A stretch of DNA of 64,000 nucleotides from assembly GCA_951406725.2 (NCBI GenBank), contig OX597827.1:82646001-82710000 (forward strand). Direction: 5' to 3'. The first letter of the stretch is position 1; each line of letters opens with the position of its first letter. The position numbers were made by a program, and so were the translations under genes. The notes under the pieces are model-generated. The model searched no databases and was not told the DNA's origin. It worked only from the letters and a program-made list of their open reading frames with translations. Below are positions 23,975-38,612 of this stretch, one piece after another. Origin of the DNA: Octopus vulgaris (taxonomy: Eukaryota).

Positions 23975-24680
23975 AGTGACATCACTCACCATTGGTACAT
24001 GGAATGTGGGGACGCTTGTGGACAGCACCAAAGCAAACAGACCTGGGAGACAGCCAGCATTTGTCGCAAGAGAACTCAGCAGGGACAACACCCACATTGA
24101 CAGCTCTGAACAAAACTAGGTTTGCAGACAGAGGTCAGCTGACAGAGGTCAAAGCTGGTCACACTTTATACTGAAGTGGCTGAGTAGCAATGAATGTTGT
24201 GGGTTTTGCCATCAGATCTATTCTGATCAGTGGGGTAACCAACCTTCACAGAGGACTGAATGACTCATGTCTCTACAGCTTCCCTTCAGAGGAAAATGCC
24301 ATGCCACCATCATCAGTGTTTATGCTTCCACCACGACCAACCCTGAGGAGATCAAAGACAATTTCTATGACAATTCGGAAACCCTCGTAACAGCTGAGCC
24401 AAAGAAGGCCAAGCTTATCCTTCTCAGCAAGTTCAACAACATGGGGTTGGCAAGAGCAATAGCAATGGTTACCAACCACTGAACACCTGTCCAGCTCATT
24501 ATCTCTTAATCACCAATGCAATGTTTCACCTGCCTGATTACGAAAAGGTGTTCTGGATACATCCTCATAGTGAACATTGGCATATAACTGACTTTGTTAT
24601 TGTCAGGAGAAAGGACAGGCAGGAGGTTCGGGTGACAAAGGCCATGTGTGGCGCTGGATGCTGAACAGATCACAGACTCA
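23975..24680 (+). mobile_element. RTE (BovB-like) LINE AP-endonuclease domain, decayed
   Basis: LTIGTWNVGTL..VARELSR..TRFADRGQLTE..VGFAIRS..TIISVYASTTTNPEEIKDNFY..WIHPHSEHWH..VRVTKAMCGA..TDHRL. Confidence 0.9.
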
Positions 24681-25876
24681 TCCTAACAAAACATACACAC
24701 ACACATAAATTGTATATATACATGTATACACACACACACGTATACACACAAGTTTACACATATACATATATACAGACATACACACATACATACATACACA
24801 CACACACACATATATATACATACACACCCATATATACATACATACGCACATACATACATACACACACACACATACATACATACATACATGCATACATACA
24901 TACATACATAGAGGTATTCTGGAAAATATCTCATGACACTTTGTGTGTATGAGTGAACATGCAAGTATGTGCGTGCATACACACACACACACACATCATC
25001 ACCATCATCATCACCACCACCACCACCACCACATCATCATCATCATCATCATCATCGCCGTCATCGCCGTCATTCAGTGGCTGTTTCCCATGCTGACATG
25101 TGCTGGTCAGTGAAAAGGAAGCAGCAAGCCATAGGACTGCACCAAACCCCAATCTCCACTTTGGCATGGCTTCTAATGCCAACCATTTTACAGAGTTGTT
25201 TTGGGTGCTTTTTACATGGCACCAGAACAGGTGAGGTCCCTCAGTAACTCACAAGACAAGACCCTCTCATGCGAGGGAGGGGCCATAATGTATGCTAAGG
25301 GGACAGAAACCAGAAGTACCTTGCTGTGGAGGAGATCCATGGCCATCCCAACTGGGACAGAAAGAAGATGGTGGGAGAAGATGTGTTTGGATAGAGTCAC
25401 AAATTACAGGAAGGTGGGATTTAAGGGAACTGGACAGGGTGAGTGGGTGGGCAAGAAAGTTTGCAAGAATATGGAAGGGGAATGGCAGATGGATAGAGAT
25501 GGGCATGGAAGTGGATACAGAGAATGGTTGACACAGATGGAAGCATGGTCAATAATGAATAATCAGTTTGGGAAGGTGGAGGAAAGAGGGGGATGGTCAG
25601 AACACCCCCGCCACCCCACGCAGTTTCATTTACCCATGAAATATTTCGCTGACCCCAACTAATTCTTAACTGGAGCTGCAATGTCTTGTCTGGCTGTGGT
25701 GAAGTGAAGCAGCAGCCATGGTCAGAGTTCTTTTCTTTAAACAACAACAGAGAAAATGAAATATGGATGTTATCATCAGATTCAATTTACTGGAATATCA
25801 AACCATCTCTAACTAAATGATTGCTTTTGTTTACACTGCTGTTGTTGTTGTTGTTGTTGTTGTTGTGCTTTTTTAT

Positions 25877-25912
<36 letters not shown>

Positions 25913-28074
25913 CTGTAACGATCATGTGCAGGTGAAATCATTATTGGACACTCATATATCAAAATTGACAGAGAAGCCGTCCTACTCCATCATCATCAGC
26001 AGCAGCAGCATCACTACCATTGCCAACACCACCACCACCACCATCACAGCCCCCCACCACCACCACCACCACTGCAATACCGCTATTATTAGTTCCATAT
26101 CACAACACCATTACCACAAACCCCTACTGCTACCACACACACCTCCACCCTCACCACCCACCACCACCACCACCACCACCTATTTCCCTTTACCTCAGCC
26201 TACATTATCTCTGCGTATGTATGTGTATCTGTCTATGTATATGTCTGTGTGTGTGTATGTGTGCGTGTGCATATATATGCGTCTATGTCCCTGTGTATAA
26301 ACCTAACTATAAATATGTTTGTAAATATAAATGCATTTATGCAAACAGGATGTGTGGTTGTCTTATCTTTATATGTGTGTGTGTGTTAACGTCTACATAT
26401 AAATGTGTGTGTGTGTGTGTGCATGTTGTGTATATATGCACTGTGCATAAGTATATGTGTATATATATCTAGGTAGCCATTTCTGTGTATGTATGTATGT
26501 GTGTACATATGTGCATGTGTGCGCGTGTGCGTGTGTGTGTGTGCATGTGTGTGTGCGTGTGTGTGTGTGTGTGTGATACGTCCACCATGAAACATCTGCC
26601 AGTGATATGTTCATACATTCACAACAGGAATATAACAGACCTGTTCATCGACTTTGCACCTATCTCTTGCATGTCATCTTATAATACACTACTGTCATCA
26701 CCATCACCATCACCATCGTCATCATCATCATCGTCATCATCACTATTGTCATCGTCACCACCACTATTACTGCCACTGCCATCATCATCAACATCAATAC
26801 TACCAAAACCTCCATGGTGATGATGACTATCCTCATCATCATCATCATCATCATCATCATCTTCATCATCATCATCATCATCATCATGATCTTTATCATC
26901 ACAAGTGACTTTCCTGTTGCCATGAAGTGCCTCTTACCTACAGAACTGACAATTGTGCCATAGGAAGTCACAGTTTTTCCCTCCAATAAACATTCTCCTC
27001 TCAACCAATAAAGAAAGCAGCTTGCTAAAAACAGCAGCAAAATTCCTCCCAAACCACTCTTTGGCCATCTTTAAAGAAGGTTGTGTTGGATGAGGTGGTC
27101 ATGGATGAAGAAACTTTAATCATAAAACTGGGATGACCTGAGGGGAAAATAATCCCCCAGACACATACACACCCTTATAGCTTCTATTGCTGCAAATTTA
27201 CCTGTTGAGTTTGTTTGATGTCAGATGTCTGATGGTGAAGTCTGTTTGGTGTCCTGTGTTGAGGTCTGTTGTCTTATTTCAAAGTCAGTTCCATGTTTAA
27301 GTCTGATGTTTGATGGTTGATGTCTTGTATTTGGGTCTGTTTAATGTCTGATGTGTCATACTTAAGTCGATGCTAAGGAATATTAATTAAATTCCTTCTA
27401 TAGTAATGAAATGAAAACATTTATCATGATTTGATAGGATCATGATGATGATGATGATGATGATGATGGGGATGAAGATGACGATGATGAATATATCCAG
27501 CACAGAATCTGGGAAGTCTACCTTATGAATCTATGGCTCAGAAGAGATCTTTATCCATGTTTTCCTTTGTGAGAATAAAATAGCAAAGACAACAGAAGAG
27601 TAGAGTATGGCCACATGGTGTAGAGTAATAGAGTGTAAGGTGAGAGTTTGGCTGTTGGTCACTTTTAATTATTAATCTGCAAACAACAGTGAAGACAATG
27701 CCTCTTTGATGAGGTCAGAATAAGCTGAAATATGAGTAGAATTGTCTCCTGCTTTTACTGGGAAAATAGAAATAATACCAGTTCTTGATTCTGACTGTAT
27801 TTAGGAAATAATGAACTGGTTCGATGAGTACCAGGGTCCCTCATTGTAAGCATTTGGGTGGAAGAGATGTTGAGAAGGAAGCAATATGGAAGGATTTAGT
27901 TTTTTTAAAAGAGGAACAAGTGACAAGTCTTTGTTTCATATAAAAACGTGATATTTTAGCAGAGTTAGCCAGGCCACCATGGTGGGCTTGGAGAAATATT
28001 TCAAAGAAATCAACAGCTAAAATTTTATGGCAAACTGAAGTTCAAACTATGATCTCTATGTATTGTGCCACATG

Positions 28075-28256
28075 AAAACCACCTGTGTTGGTGCCACATA
28101 AACACCCAGTGCACTCTGCAAAGTGGTTGGCATTAGGAAGGGCATCCAGCAGTAGAAATTGTTCCAAAGCTGATAATTGGAGCCTGGTGCAGCACTCTGC
28201 TTTGCCATCCAACCCATGCCAGCATGGCGGATATGACAACATCAAATGATGAGGAT
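28075..28256 (+). mobile_element. RTE 3'-UTR-derived repeat (family C), degenerate
   Basis: GTGGTTGGCATTAGGAAGGGCATCCAGC..CCATCCAACCCATGCCAGCATGG. Confidence 0.75.
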
Positions 28257-28458
28257 TATTGTATAGATGGACATCTAGACTCAACGGTATTTATACTGAC
28301 GTGTGTGCATGGAGGGGAGAACATTTTTGCCGTCATTATGTAGGTGAGTGTGTGTGTGTGTGTGTGTGAGAACATGTTGTAATAACAGTTCTTGACAAGT
28401 GAAAATGTTGCTGCTAAAATTGTAAGAAGTGAGATGAAGACGGTTTTGTTTGCTTCTG

Positions 28459-28970
<512 letters not shown>

Positions 28971-29700
28971 GCCGTCCAACCAAAGCCGGAAGCAGCAAAT
29001 ATTCTCAATTGTCTCCGACGATGTTTTTCTTCCCGGACGACCAAGCCCCAACTGCCAAAACAGATTGTCCATGTTTTTAATAATCATCGTTACAAAGATG
29101 AAAGAGATGATTAAGGAATACTTTAGATTAGTGGGATTAAAAAAGAAAACTTGCGTTGCTAGGTTACAAACCAAACAACATATAAAAACATGCTTTTTGT
29201 CTGTTTTGTTTTGTTTTGTTTTTAATCAACTTTTACTAATATGCAGAGATTTCAGGACAGTAAATCAAAATTTGGGGTTAATGCTCTCAGTACTAAATTA
29301 TAACTAATTAAAAATAAATATGGGAAGAAGAAATGACAACTTCATCTCCTCAAAAACTAATACTACTTTCGCTTTGTGGAAAGAGGGGAGGCAACTCTAT
29401 GCACGTTTCAGCTTTATTAAACCTCATCAACAAAGCATAGACTTCATTGAACTGGAGCAAATAATAATGAGAGAATCATACAATAAGTGTACCATGCTGT
29501 ATTTGAGCTGGAATGAAAAACTGTCGGACGAGGACTAACAATAGTGACCAACCATACAGAATTATTAGCACAGATTTTTTGTTACATTCATTAACTGTTG
29601 TATTCTTTATGGTTGCCTGACAGTATTCTAAATTATTATCATTCTAAAGTGGCAGTATGTTGTCAACTTAATGTGACAGTCCCATGAAAGGGAAGAATGC

Positions 29701-29882
29701 TACTGTTATTTAACCCTAGGAAATACCGTTTCCTGTTGGCCTTGACACATTTCCTGTGTCCTGTTTTTTTGTTTGTTTTTTTTGCTGGGTGCAGGTGCTT
29801 GTCTCCTCTTTGAAAACATAAGGACACAGGAAATGTGTCAAGTCCAACAGGAAACCGTGTTTCCTAGGGTTAAATAGCAGTA
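29701..29882. repeat. 62-bp inverted repeat with 58-nt spacer
   Basis: 29701-29762 versus reverse complement of 29821-29882, four differences by manual alignment. Confidence 0.9.
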
Positions 29883-30984
29883 GAGGACAATATCAAAAAA
29901 CTACTGACATGGTTTTAGAACTCAGAACCACAAGAAGCAAACCCACACCAGCCAGCATGATAAACTGGTGGTCCTTTTAAGATGCATGGTACCAGGTTCA
30001 AGCCACCCCTCCAGGCAGACAAAAATTAGGATGAGGTTCTAAGCAAGGTGACTTGTCTCAACCAGAAATGGGTTGAGAAGGAGTTATCTTTGAAAGGGGA
30101 TACAGAAATGTTAAATGCATACATTACAGCCATCATTTATTATCCCCTCACTATTGCATCTGGCCCCAGTTTTTTTTTTTTGTATCTGAATAGAGTAGAA
30201 TATCTGCTCTTTCATTTCATATCAAAGGGGTATATTCCATTGATAAAATGGTCCATCTACTGCCAACTCTCTCCATGAAGGGATCAATGTGTCATGCTTG
30301 ATTGATGATATGCAAGGCTGCAGTGTCTACAGTGATTTCTGAATAGTGAGCAGGGGTGGTCATTGTTTATCAAATCTGTCTTCGGACAGGTCATCTCTTT
30401 GATGAAGCTCTAGTTGAGAGGCAGGTAAAGACCAAATGCTTAAAATCTGTTATGTTGTCAGATGTGGTAAAATGGTTGGTGATAACCTATTCTTGTATTC
30501 TATAGAGAATTAGTGGTGGGCATGGATGGGAACCAGCGTCGTCCAGGGACTGTAGACAATTAGACATCCCAAGACTCAAAGTGCTACCAAGGGTGTGCAA
30601 GATTCCCACTAAAGAGGAAGTTGGGAGTGGGGAGTGGGGACATAAATGATTGGGGCCACCTCACCATATTTTGTTTTAGGCTGGAGCACACAGTTGAAAG
30701 GGGTTACTTTCGCTTGGAAACAACAATAGTCCCTAATCTATGGGGTTTTTTGATTGAACCCAGAGGTGGATGTCCCCCTATTCAGTTGTTTTATTTACTT
30801 TCCTTTATTTTCTTGTTTCCTGCAAATGCTTTGTTTCCTCAGAAATTATTCTGAGGAAAGTTCCACCATTTTTTGTACACTCGCTTTGTAACACTCCATA
30901 TACACTCCTGTACCCCATGCACTCTAACCATACTGCCCCCTTTGGCCATCCAGTGTCATGAACTAATATTAACCCTCACAATCT

Positions 30985-31370
30985 GATGATGATGTTGATG
31001 ACGACGGTAACAACGACAATGATGATGAGGATAATGACAATGACGATGATGATGATGATAATGATGATGATTGTGACGAAGATGATGAAGATGATGAAAA
31101 TGATGATGATTGAGACAAAGATGATGAAGATGATGATGGTGATAACGACGACAATGATGATGATTATAATGACAATGACTATGATGATGATGATGACAAT
31201 GATGATGATGATGATGATTGATGATGATGATGATGATGATGATGACAACCATGATGATGACGATGATGACGAAGATGATGGTGATGACAATGATGACAAC
31301 GATGATGATAACGAGGATGATGATGATAATGATGATGAAGATGATGATGAAGATGATGATGATGATGACG
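30985..31370. repeat. (GAT)n-rich tract
   Basis: Directly visible. Confidence 0.95.
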
Positions 31371-31644
31371 GTGAATGTAGAGGACAGAATTATAAAATGG
31401 CAAGCTCCCTGTCTGCTGGTGCTTTGCAATGTTTCATTTCCATTCTGTCTTCATTCATTTCAGGTCAATTTAACTTTCATCTTTCTGTTGGGGGTGGGGT
31501 GGGGGCTGGAGCTGGGTGGGGTGCAGTGTGAGGGATACCAAATAAATATCGGTCGTGTACCAGTGTGCCATTTAATCAACTGCGACCCTCAAGTAAAACA
31601 GAAGGCCTTGCTAAACGCTTAAATGTTGCTGTCATCCCTATCAG

Positions 31645-31718
<74 letters not shown>

Positions 31719-31720
31719 CC

Positions 31721-31766
<46 letters not shown>

Positions 31767-31855
31767 ACATCATCATTGGCATTGTTGTTGTTATCATCAT
31801 CATCATCACTATCATCACCATTGTCGCCATCATCACTACCATCATCACTATCATG
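31645..31855. repeat. (CAT)n-rich tract
   Basis: Directly visible. Confidence 0.95.
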
Positions 31856-32165
31856 GCTTTCACAATTCATTATTATTATTATTTTTGTTGTTGTTGTTGT
31901 TGTTGTTATGATGGTGATGATGATGATGATGATGAATACAATTAATATTAATGTTACTAACTCTGTTATATTGCCAAAAACGAAGTCTTTGCAATTCCTT
32001 ATGCCATATTGCTGGAAAAATATCAGTTAATTTCCTCCAAGTTTTCCTTTAACTGCATTTAGGTTCCATGCAGGAGGAAACACAGCCTCCTGGTGCTGCT
32101 GCTGCACTGTGTAAGAATGTGTGGATGCATGTGTATGGGCGTGTGTATAAATATATATATGTATG

Positions 32166-32293
<128 letters not shown>

Positions 32294-32969
32294 CATAAAC
32301 ACATGTGCCAACACACACACATCAATATATATATATATATTTACATACACAACACATCATATATACTGTAGCTGCCATACTCAACCTTGTGCAAGTTTAT
32401 TAATACCTGAAGTACAGGTAATCAGATGGATTCATGATATTTTGGGATAAATTACTTGGAAAAGATGCTTCAGTCGGTTAAGGAATGTAACACATTGAGA
32501 GGAATTGCATCCGAACCATTCTGAAGATGGATCAAGTGAAGCTGCATAAATCTGGGGAAACAAACAAACAAATAACAAAACAAACAACAAAAAATAAATG
32601 AATAAATAACAAAATAAATAAATAAATAAAAACTGTGAAAGTCAACTTGTCTTTGTCCTTCATTTTGTGACTATATCTACCTTGGCAAAATTTCTCTAAC
32701 AAGGTGCAAGATTGTGATGTAAATTGCAAAATACATACCTTCACATGGATGTGTGTGTGTGTGTATGTCTCTGTGTGTGTGTGTATACATAGCTACACTC
32801 TGTAACTTATGCTGAATATGAATGATAACCGGTAAAAGTTACGGAGTGACTCAAAGGCCGACAGTTTCGTGCATTACAAAAGTTTCATTATTATTGATAA
32901 GAGAAAAAATATTTACTCATAATTTTGGCTTTTTATTTTCCTGTTTGTATCACAAAACCAAATATACAT

Positions 32970-33015
<46 letters not shown>

Positions 33016-33139
33016 GAAATGAAATGCTGACAAATAATTGAAGTAATTTAAGTAATTTAATTAGGTATAGTTGCGTATTTGTTATATCAAAATATCGATA
33101 AGCATATTTTGATAAGCATAACAAATGCGCAACGTAAAA

Positions 33140-33196
<57 letters not shown>

Positions 33197-33198
33197 TA

Positions 33199-33890
33199 TG
33201 AGCTCTTACCTCTGCTGGTGACAAAGGGTCTCTCACTCAGAGTAAAAAGTTGACTGTATGACGCATGTGTACAAACAGCCATGCTAAATGGCAGTGAAAC
33301 ATGGGCTGTGACTGCAGAGGACATGCGTAAGCTTGCAAGGAATGAAGCCAGTATGATCTGATGGATGTGTAATGCCAGTGTGCATACTTAACAGAGTGTA
33401 AGTACCTTGAGAGAAAAGTTGGAGTTAAAAAGCATCAGATGTGGTGTGCAAGAGAGACGTTTGTGCTGGTTTGGTCATGTGGTGAGAAGTGTCACACCCT
33501 AGTGTTTGAGGGAACTAATGGAATAGGTAGACCCAGGAAGACTTGAGATGAAGTGGTGAAGCACAACCTTCGAACATTAGGCCTCACTGAAGCAATGACT
33601 AGTGACCGAGACCTTTGGAAATATGCTGTGCTTGAGAAGACCCAACAGGCCAAGTGAGACTCTAACCTTGTGGCCTAATAACCAGCCCACTTCTGCATAC
33701 CTTTCCTTCATTTGACAATAAACTCTGCTTGTGAAGACCAGTTGAGGCAAGTGAAATCGAAATTGAAATCAAATTCGATGACTGGCATCTGTGCTAGTAG
33801 AGCACTAAGAGCACCATCCGAGTGTAATCGTTGCCATAGCGGCTAAGTAGCTTCCATGCTTGTGGCATATAAAAAGCACCATTTTAAAAG
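33199..33890 (+). mobile_element. RTE LINE ORF2 C-terminal fragment plus start of 3' UTR
   Basis: ELLPLLVTKGLSLRVK..LYDACVQTAMLNGSETWAVTAEDMRKLARNEASM..RLCWFGHVVR..GRPRKT; begins at a (TA)n tract. Confidence 0.9.
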
Positions 33891-33899
33891 CATATAAAG

Positions 33900-34265
33900 T
33901 CTGCACCAGACTTTAGTCTGATCTGGCAGTGTTTCTACAGTTGGATGCCCTTCCTAACGCCAACCACTCCGGGAGTGTAGTGGGTGCTTTTTACGTGCCA
34001 TCAGCACGGGGGCCAAGGGAGCTGGCATCGGCCATGATCAGTTGATGCTTTTTATGTTGCACTGGCACAGAAGCTAGTCAAAGCAGCACTGACAGGTGCC
34101 ACGTTTGGATGGTGGCTTTTACGTGCCACCAGCACGGGGTTCACAACTACAATTTCCATTTGATTGTAGTTTGATTTTGATGTACTTGACTCAATAGGTC
34201 TCCTCAAGCATGGCTAGTCACCCTACAATCCAAGGTACTTTTGAGTGGGCTGGTTATGCGATGCT
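33900..34265 (-). mobile_element. RTE 3' UTR (family C), opposite orientation
   Basis: GGATGCCCTTCCTAACGCCAACCAC core and repeated TTTTACGTGCCA units. Confidence 0.8.
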
Positions 34266-34786
34266 AGAGAGAGAGAGAGAAAGAGAAAGAGAGAGAGAAA
34301 TAGAGTAATAGATATAGATATATAAAGAACATTATTACTAATGAGAGATAACAATGTTAGTGAAGCAAGCTTAAAACCGTATAACGAAAATTAATGGATA
34401 CATATAAGAATTATATGTAACAAGGGCACCAAGAAGCACCAGCTTTGCTAGAAATAGGAGTCAAAAGTACTTCAAAGCCACAAGAATTAACACTAACTGA
34501 GAACAGTCTCACATAATGGATGCATGTTCTTATTACATATTACACAGACCAGAAATGTGCATGTTAAATGATTTCAAAATATCATTATTTGGTTTCACTT
34601 CATTATTACAACTGATGGCAGTTCAATGGCAGACCAGACTACACTTATGTAGATACTCTAATGATGATTCAGAATAGCTTGTTATATTTGTGTGTTGTAT
34701 ACACACACACATGCACATACATATATTTTGGTGATGTAATTCTTGGTAATTTCTTTTCCTCTTTGGACTTCCCTTTTTCCTCGTTT

Positions 34787-34813
34787 CTGATGAAAAGCTA
34801 TGCTCGAAACATC
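34787..34813 (+). ncRNA. Minimal hammerhead-like motif in a short repeat element
   Basis: CTGATGA-A-AAGC-TAT-GCTC-GAAAC-ATC; conserved boxes intact, first stem II pair mutated. Confidence 0.5.
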
Positions 34814-35633
34814 AAAAACTCTCTCTTTTTACTGAGCGTGAAACTAATATATTCTTTGTGCACATATTTTGTCGTCTTTAATTATTAATTTTATTGTTCA
34901 TTTATTTAAATTGACTACATTACATATAGTTGGATACCCACACACAAATAGTTCTCTAAATGAACAAATTGAATAACAAATGTTTATTACAGATAAAAAT
35001 TAAATTTTCATAGCAAGCAAAACTTTGATGAATTAAAACTGAGCAGGAATCATAGACGTAGGAGTGACAAGGCACTCATTCACTTGGCAAACAGGGATTT
35101 GGGCAAGAAATCACAAGCAGACTCAGCAGATAAGTTCTTGGAAAACCACGTAGGAATGGTAAATGAAATGAAGAAATTTTATGGCAAAAATGTTCTCTGA
35201 AGAAAATTATATTCAGCCAAGGAACTGTAATTTGAACAACAAAATCTGAGTTCACTACACACACATAAAATGGTTGCGAGAGTGTGCACAAATTGTTGGT
35301 TAATGCCTATGTAATTAGTTGTAATTAGTTGTAATTAGTTGTACTTTATACCTAGTCTGTTAGTTTCATGTTTCTATACTTGCTTCTTCTGGGAGTATAT
35401 TGTTTGTCTTTGGAGAACTGAAATTGAACTCAGAACCATAGCATTGGACTGTTTTACATGCTCAAACACACCCATTCACATATTACTATCCATCTAGTAG
35501 TTGCTATTTGTGTATATATATATATCTATACACAATTACATACGAGAATAACAATATTCATCTCACTCTCTCTCTGTCTATATATATATGTGTGTGTGCG
35601 TGTGTGTATGTGTTTATGTATGTATATTATATG

Positions 35634-35672
<39 letters not shown>

Positions 35673-36060
35673 TAACAATGAGGGTTTAGCAACAAGTTGC
35701 TTGACCACATACCGAAAATTTTAGAAATAGCAGCCAAAAGACTACTATTTCCTTTTTCTACAAAAATATGTCTCCACAGACAACAATATTTGTAACTCAC
35801 ACAAGGCTAAAAGGAAGAAAAATAATGAAATCAAACAGTCTTTGATTAATTATGGACACATTTCTTGATTAGAATCATAAGATTCATTTCCGTTATCAAC
35901 ATAATATTTCGATAATTATAAATCTGAAGATGTTAGGAAAACTTACCCCCTAAGTTTCTGACCAAGCATCATCAGAACATATAAAAGTTAATCAGCAAAT
36001 TCACATTTTTATAGATGAGTGAATTTGTATTTCCCTCCAATTCCCTACCATGTGCGTCAC

Positions 36061-36097
<37 letters not shown>

Positions 36098-36766
36098 CAG
36101 AGTGCCATGGGTAAATTGTCGCCATTTTATATTTTTAATTTTGCGTATGCCCATTGTTTTGGATTGTGTTGACTACATAGTATAGTAGGGTCAATGGGGC
36201 ACCGTCTGTGAGAAAAACAGCACCACGACACAATTCACTCGGCCAAAAATTTAGAAATGAAATGCTGTACTGCTTGGCATTCATGTTGGAAGATCTAATA
36301 CAAACATTTGAGAGTGTTTGGGTGTCAATCTGAGGACAGTGCAATCTGCACCATGCCACACAAGCAGAAGAACCCAGTCATGGCTGTCAGACAATTTCTG
36401 TGACCACATCGTCCATAACATCTGACCACTTAACTCCCTAGACTGCAACCCCTTGATTATTATGTGTAGGGCACAGCTGAGCGAGATACCAACAAAACTC
36501 CTTGTAACACCAAAGATGAACTGAGGGCAAGGATTATGGTAGCATTCACCAACTTAAACAAGGAGACTGTCTAGAAGAGTTGCAGGAGATTCCAAAGTCG
36601 TCTGGAGACTGTGGTTGAAATCAATGGCGATTTTATTGGATAAATTTACTCTTTAGTATTTCAAGATATTTTTATGTAATTTTGGTAAATATATCTGTTA
36701 AAATGAGATGCCAGTGTTATTTCCATTTATGCATAATTTAGATGACAGTTTATTCAGCGCACCCTC
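36098..36766 (+). mobile_element. Internally deleted DD37D (maT-like) Tc1/mariner element
   Basis: TIR CAGAGTGCCATGGGTAAATTGTC; N-terminal HTH (ECLGVNLRTV) fused to SAPCHTSRRTQSWLSDNFCDH..SPDCNPLDYY-like C-terminus; degenerate right TIR; TA flanks. Confidence 0.85.
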
Positions 36767-36795
36767 TATATGTATGTGTGTATATACATATATAC

Positions 36796-37357
36796 TAAAG
36801 AGTAAATTTATTCAATAAAATCGCCGTTGGCTTCAACCACAGCCTCCAGATGACTTTGGAATCTCTTGCAACTCTTCTGGACAGTCTCCTTGTTTAAGTT
36901 GGTCAAGGCTGCCATAATCCTTGCCTTCAGTTCATCTTTGGTGCTACAAGGAGTTTTGTTGGTCTCTCGCTCAGCTGTGCCCTACACATAATAATCAAGG
37001 GGTTGCAGTCTGGGGAGTTAAGTGGTCAGATGTTATGGACGATGTGGTCACAGAAATTGTCTGACAGCCATGACTGGGTCCTCCTGCTTGTGTGGCATGG
37101 TGCAGCTTGCACTGTTCTCAGATTGACACCCAAACACTCTCAAATGTTCATATTGGAGCTTCCAACATGAATGCCAAGCAGTACAGTATATCATTTCCAA
37201 ATTTCTGGCCGAGTGAATTGCTTCATGGTGCTGTTTTTCTCACAGACGTTACCCAACTGACCCTACTATACTGTGTAGTCGACAAAATCAAAAACAAGCA
37301 ATATGCAAGTGCAAAATAAAAAATATAAAATGGCAACAATTTACCCATTGCACTCTG
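36796..37357 (-). mobile_element. Second copy of the same deleted DD37D element, inverted, lacking its 3' TIR
   Basis: Reverse complement of about 36098-36655, including the same deletion junction; ends CCATTGCACTCTG followed by TA. Confidence 0.85.
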
Positions 37358-37403
<46 letters not shown>

Positions 37404-37431
37404 TATGTGTGTATATATATATATATATATA

Positions 37432-37664
37432 TTTCTTTACTGCCCACAAGGGGCTAAACATAGAGGGGACAAACAAGGACAGACAATGGTATTTAGTCGA
37501 TTACATCGACCCCAGTTGGAAACTGGTACTTTATTTATCGACCCCGAAAGGATGAAAGGCAAAGTCGACCTCGGCGGAATTTGAACTCAGAACGTAACGA
37601 CGACAGACGAAATACGGCTACACATTTCGCCCGGCGTGCTAACGTTTCTGCCAGCTCGCCGCCT
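37432..37664 (-). mobile_element. tRNA-headed SINE family B, young copy
   Basis: GGCGGCGAGCTGGCAGAAACGTTAGCACGCCGGGCG..GTTCTGAGTTCAAATTCCGCCGAGGTCGAC; CpGs intact. Confidence 0.9.
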
Positions 37665-37673
37665 TCATATATA

Positions 37674-37709
<36 letters not shown>

Positions 37710-38149
37710 TGTATGTATGTTTGTATGTATGTATATGTATATGTATATATATATATATGCACATATATATGTGTGTGCGTGTGTATGTACACACACACAT
37801 ATACACACACACAAAAATACGTGCAAGCACACATATAAACACCAACCACACACACACACACACCTACAACTTGATGTATTCATATTTTCCCTTCTTCTCT
37901 GCTTGCTAATTATGGTTATTGATGAGAAAAATGGGGGACGCTGCTTCTGAAATAAAGGCAAATTACAGTGAGACTTTGCATGCGAGAGTATCAAGCAGCA
38001 TTGCCCCACACCCACCTTCCAGCCATCTCCCTCTCTCTTTCTCTCTCTCTCTCTTTCTCTAGCAGAACCACTTCCAATGCACCTCACCACCACCACTCAC
38101 ATCATCTTATCACAACCACAAATAACAAAAAAAACAACAATTTCTTGTA

Positions 38150-38171
38150 TCTTTGTGTATATGTATGTATG

Positions 38172-38215
<44 letters not shown>

Positions 38216-38303
38216 CTCACACTCATACACAAAGGTACATACATATATTCATATATGTGTGTTTATATATAAATATATGTAATTATAAATATTATATATG
38301 TAG

Positions 38304-38370
<67 letters not shown>

Positions 38371-38381
38371 CATACATATAC

Positions 38382-38412
<31 letters not shown>

Positions 38413-38441
38413 CATATATATATATATACACACACACACAC

Positions 38442-38498
<57 letters not shown>

Positions 38499-38507
38499 CA
38501 TATATAA

Positions 38508-38551
<44 letters not shown>

Positions 38552-38612
38552 GTAATATATGTATATGTAATCACATACACATATGAAATGCGCATCTATA
38601 TATGTGTGTGTG
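38150..38612. repeat. Compound (TA)n-rich block
   Basis: Directly visible. Confidence 0.95.

Noticed and set aside
30050-30940. Possible Ty3/Gypsy RNase H remnant on the minus strand
   Set aside because: Only vague motif resemblance; cannot be supported without a profile search
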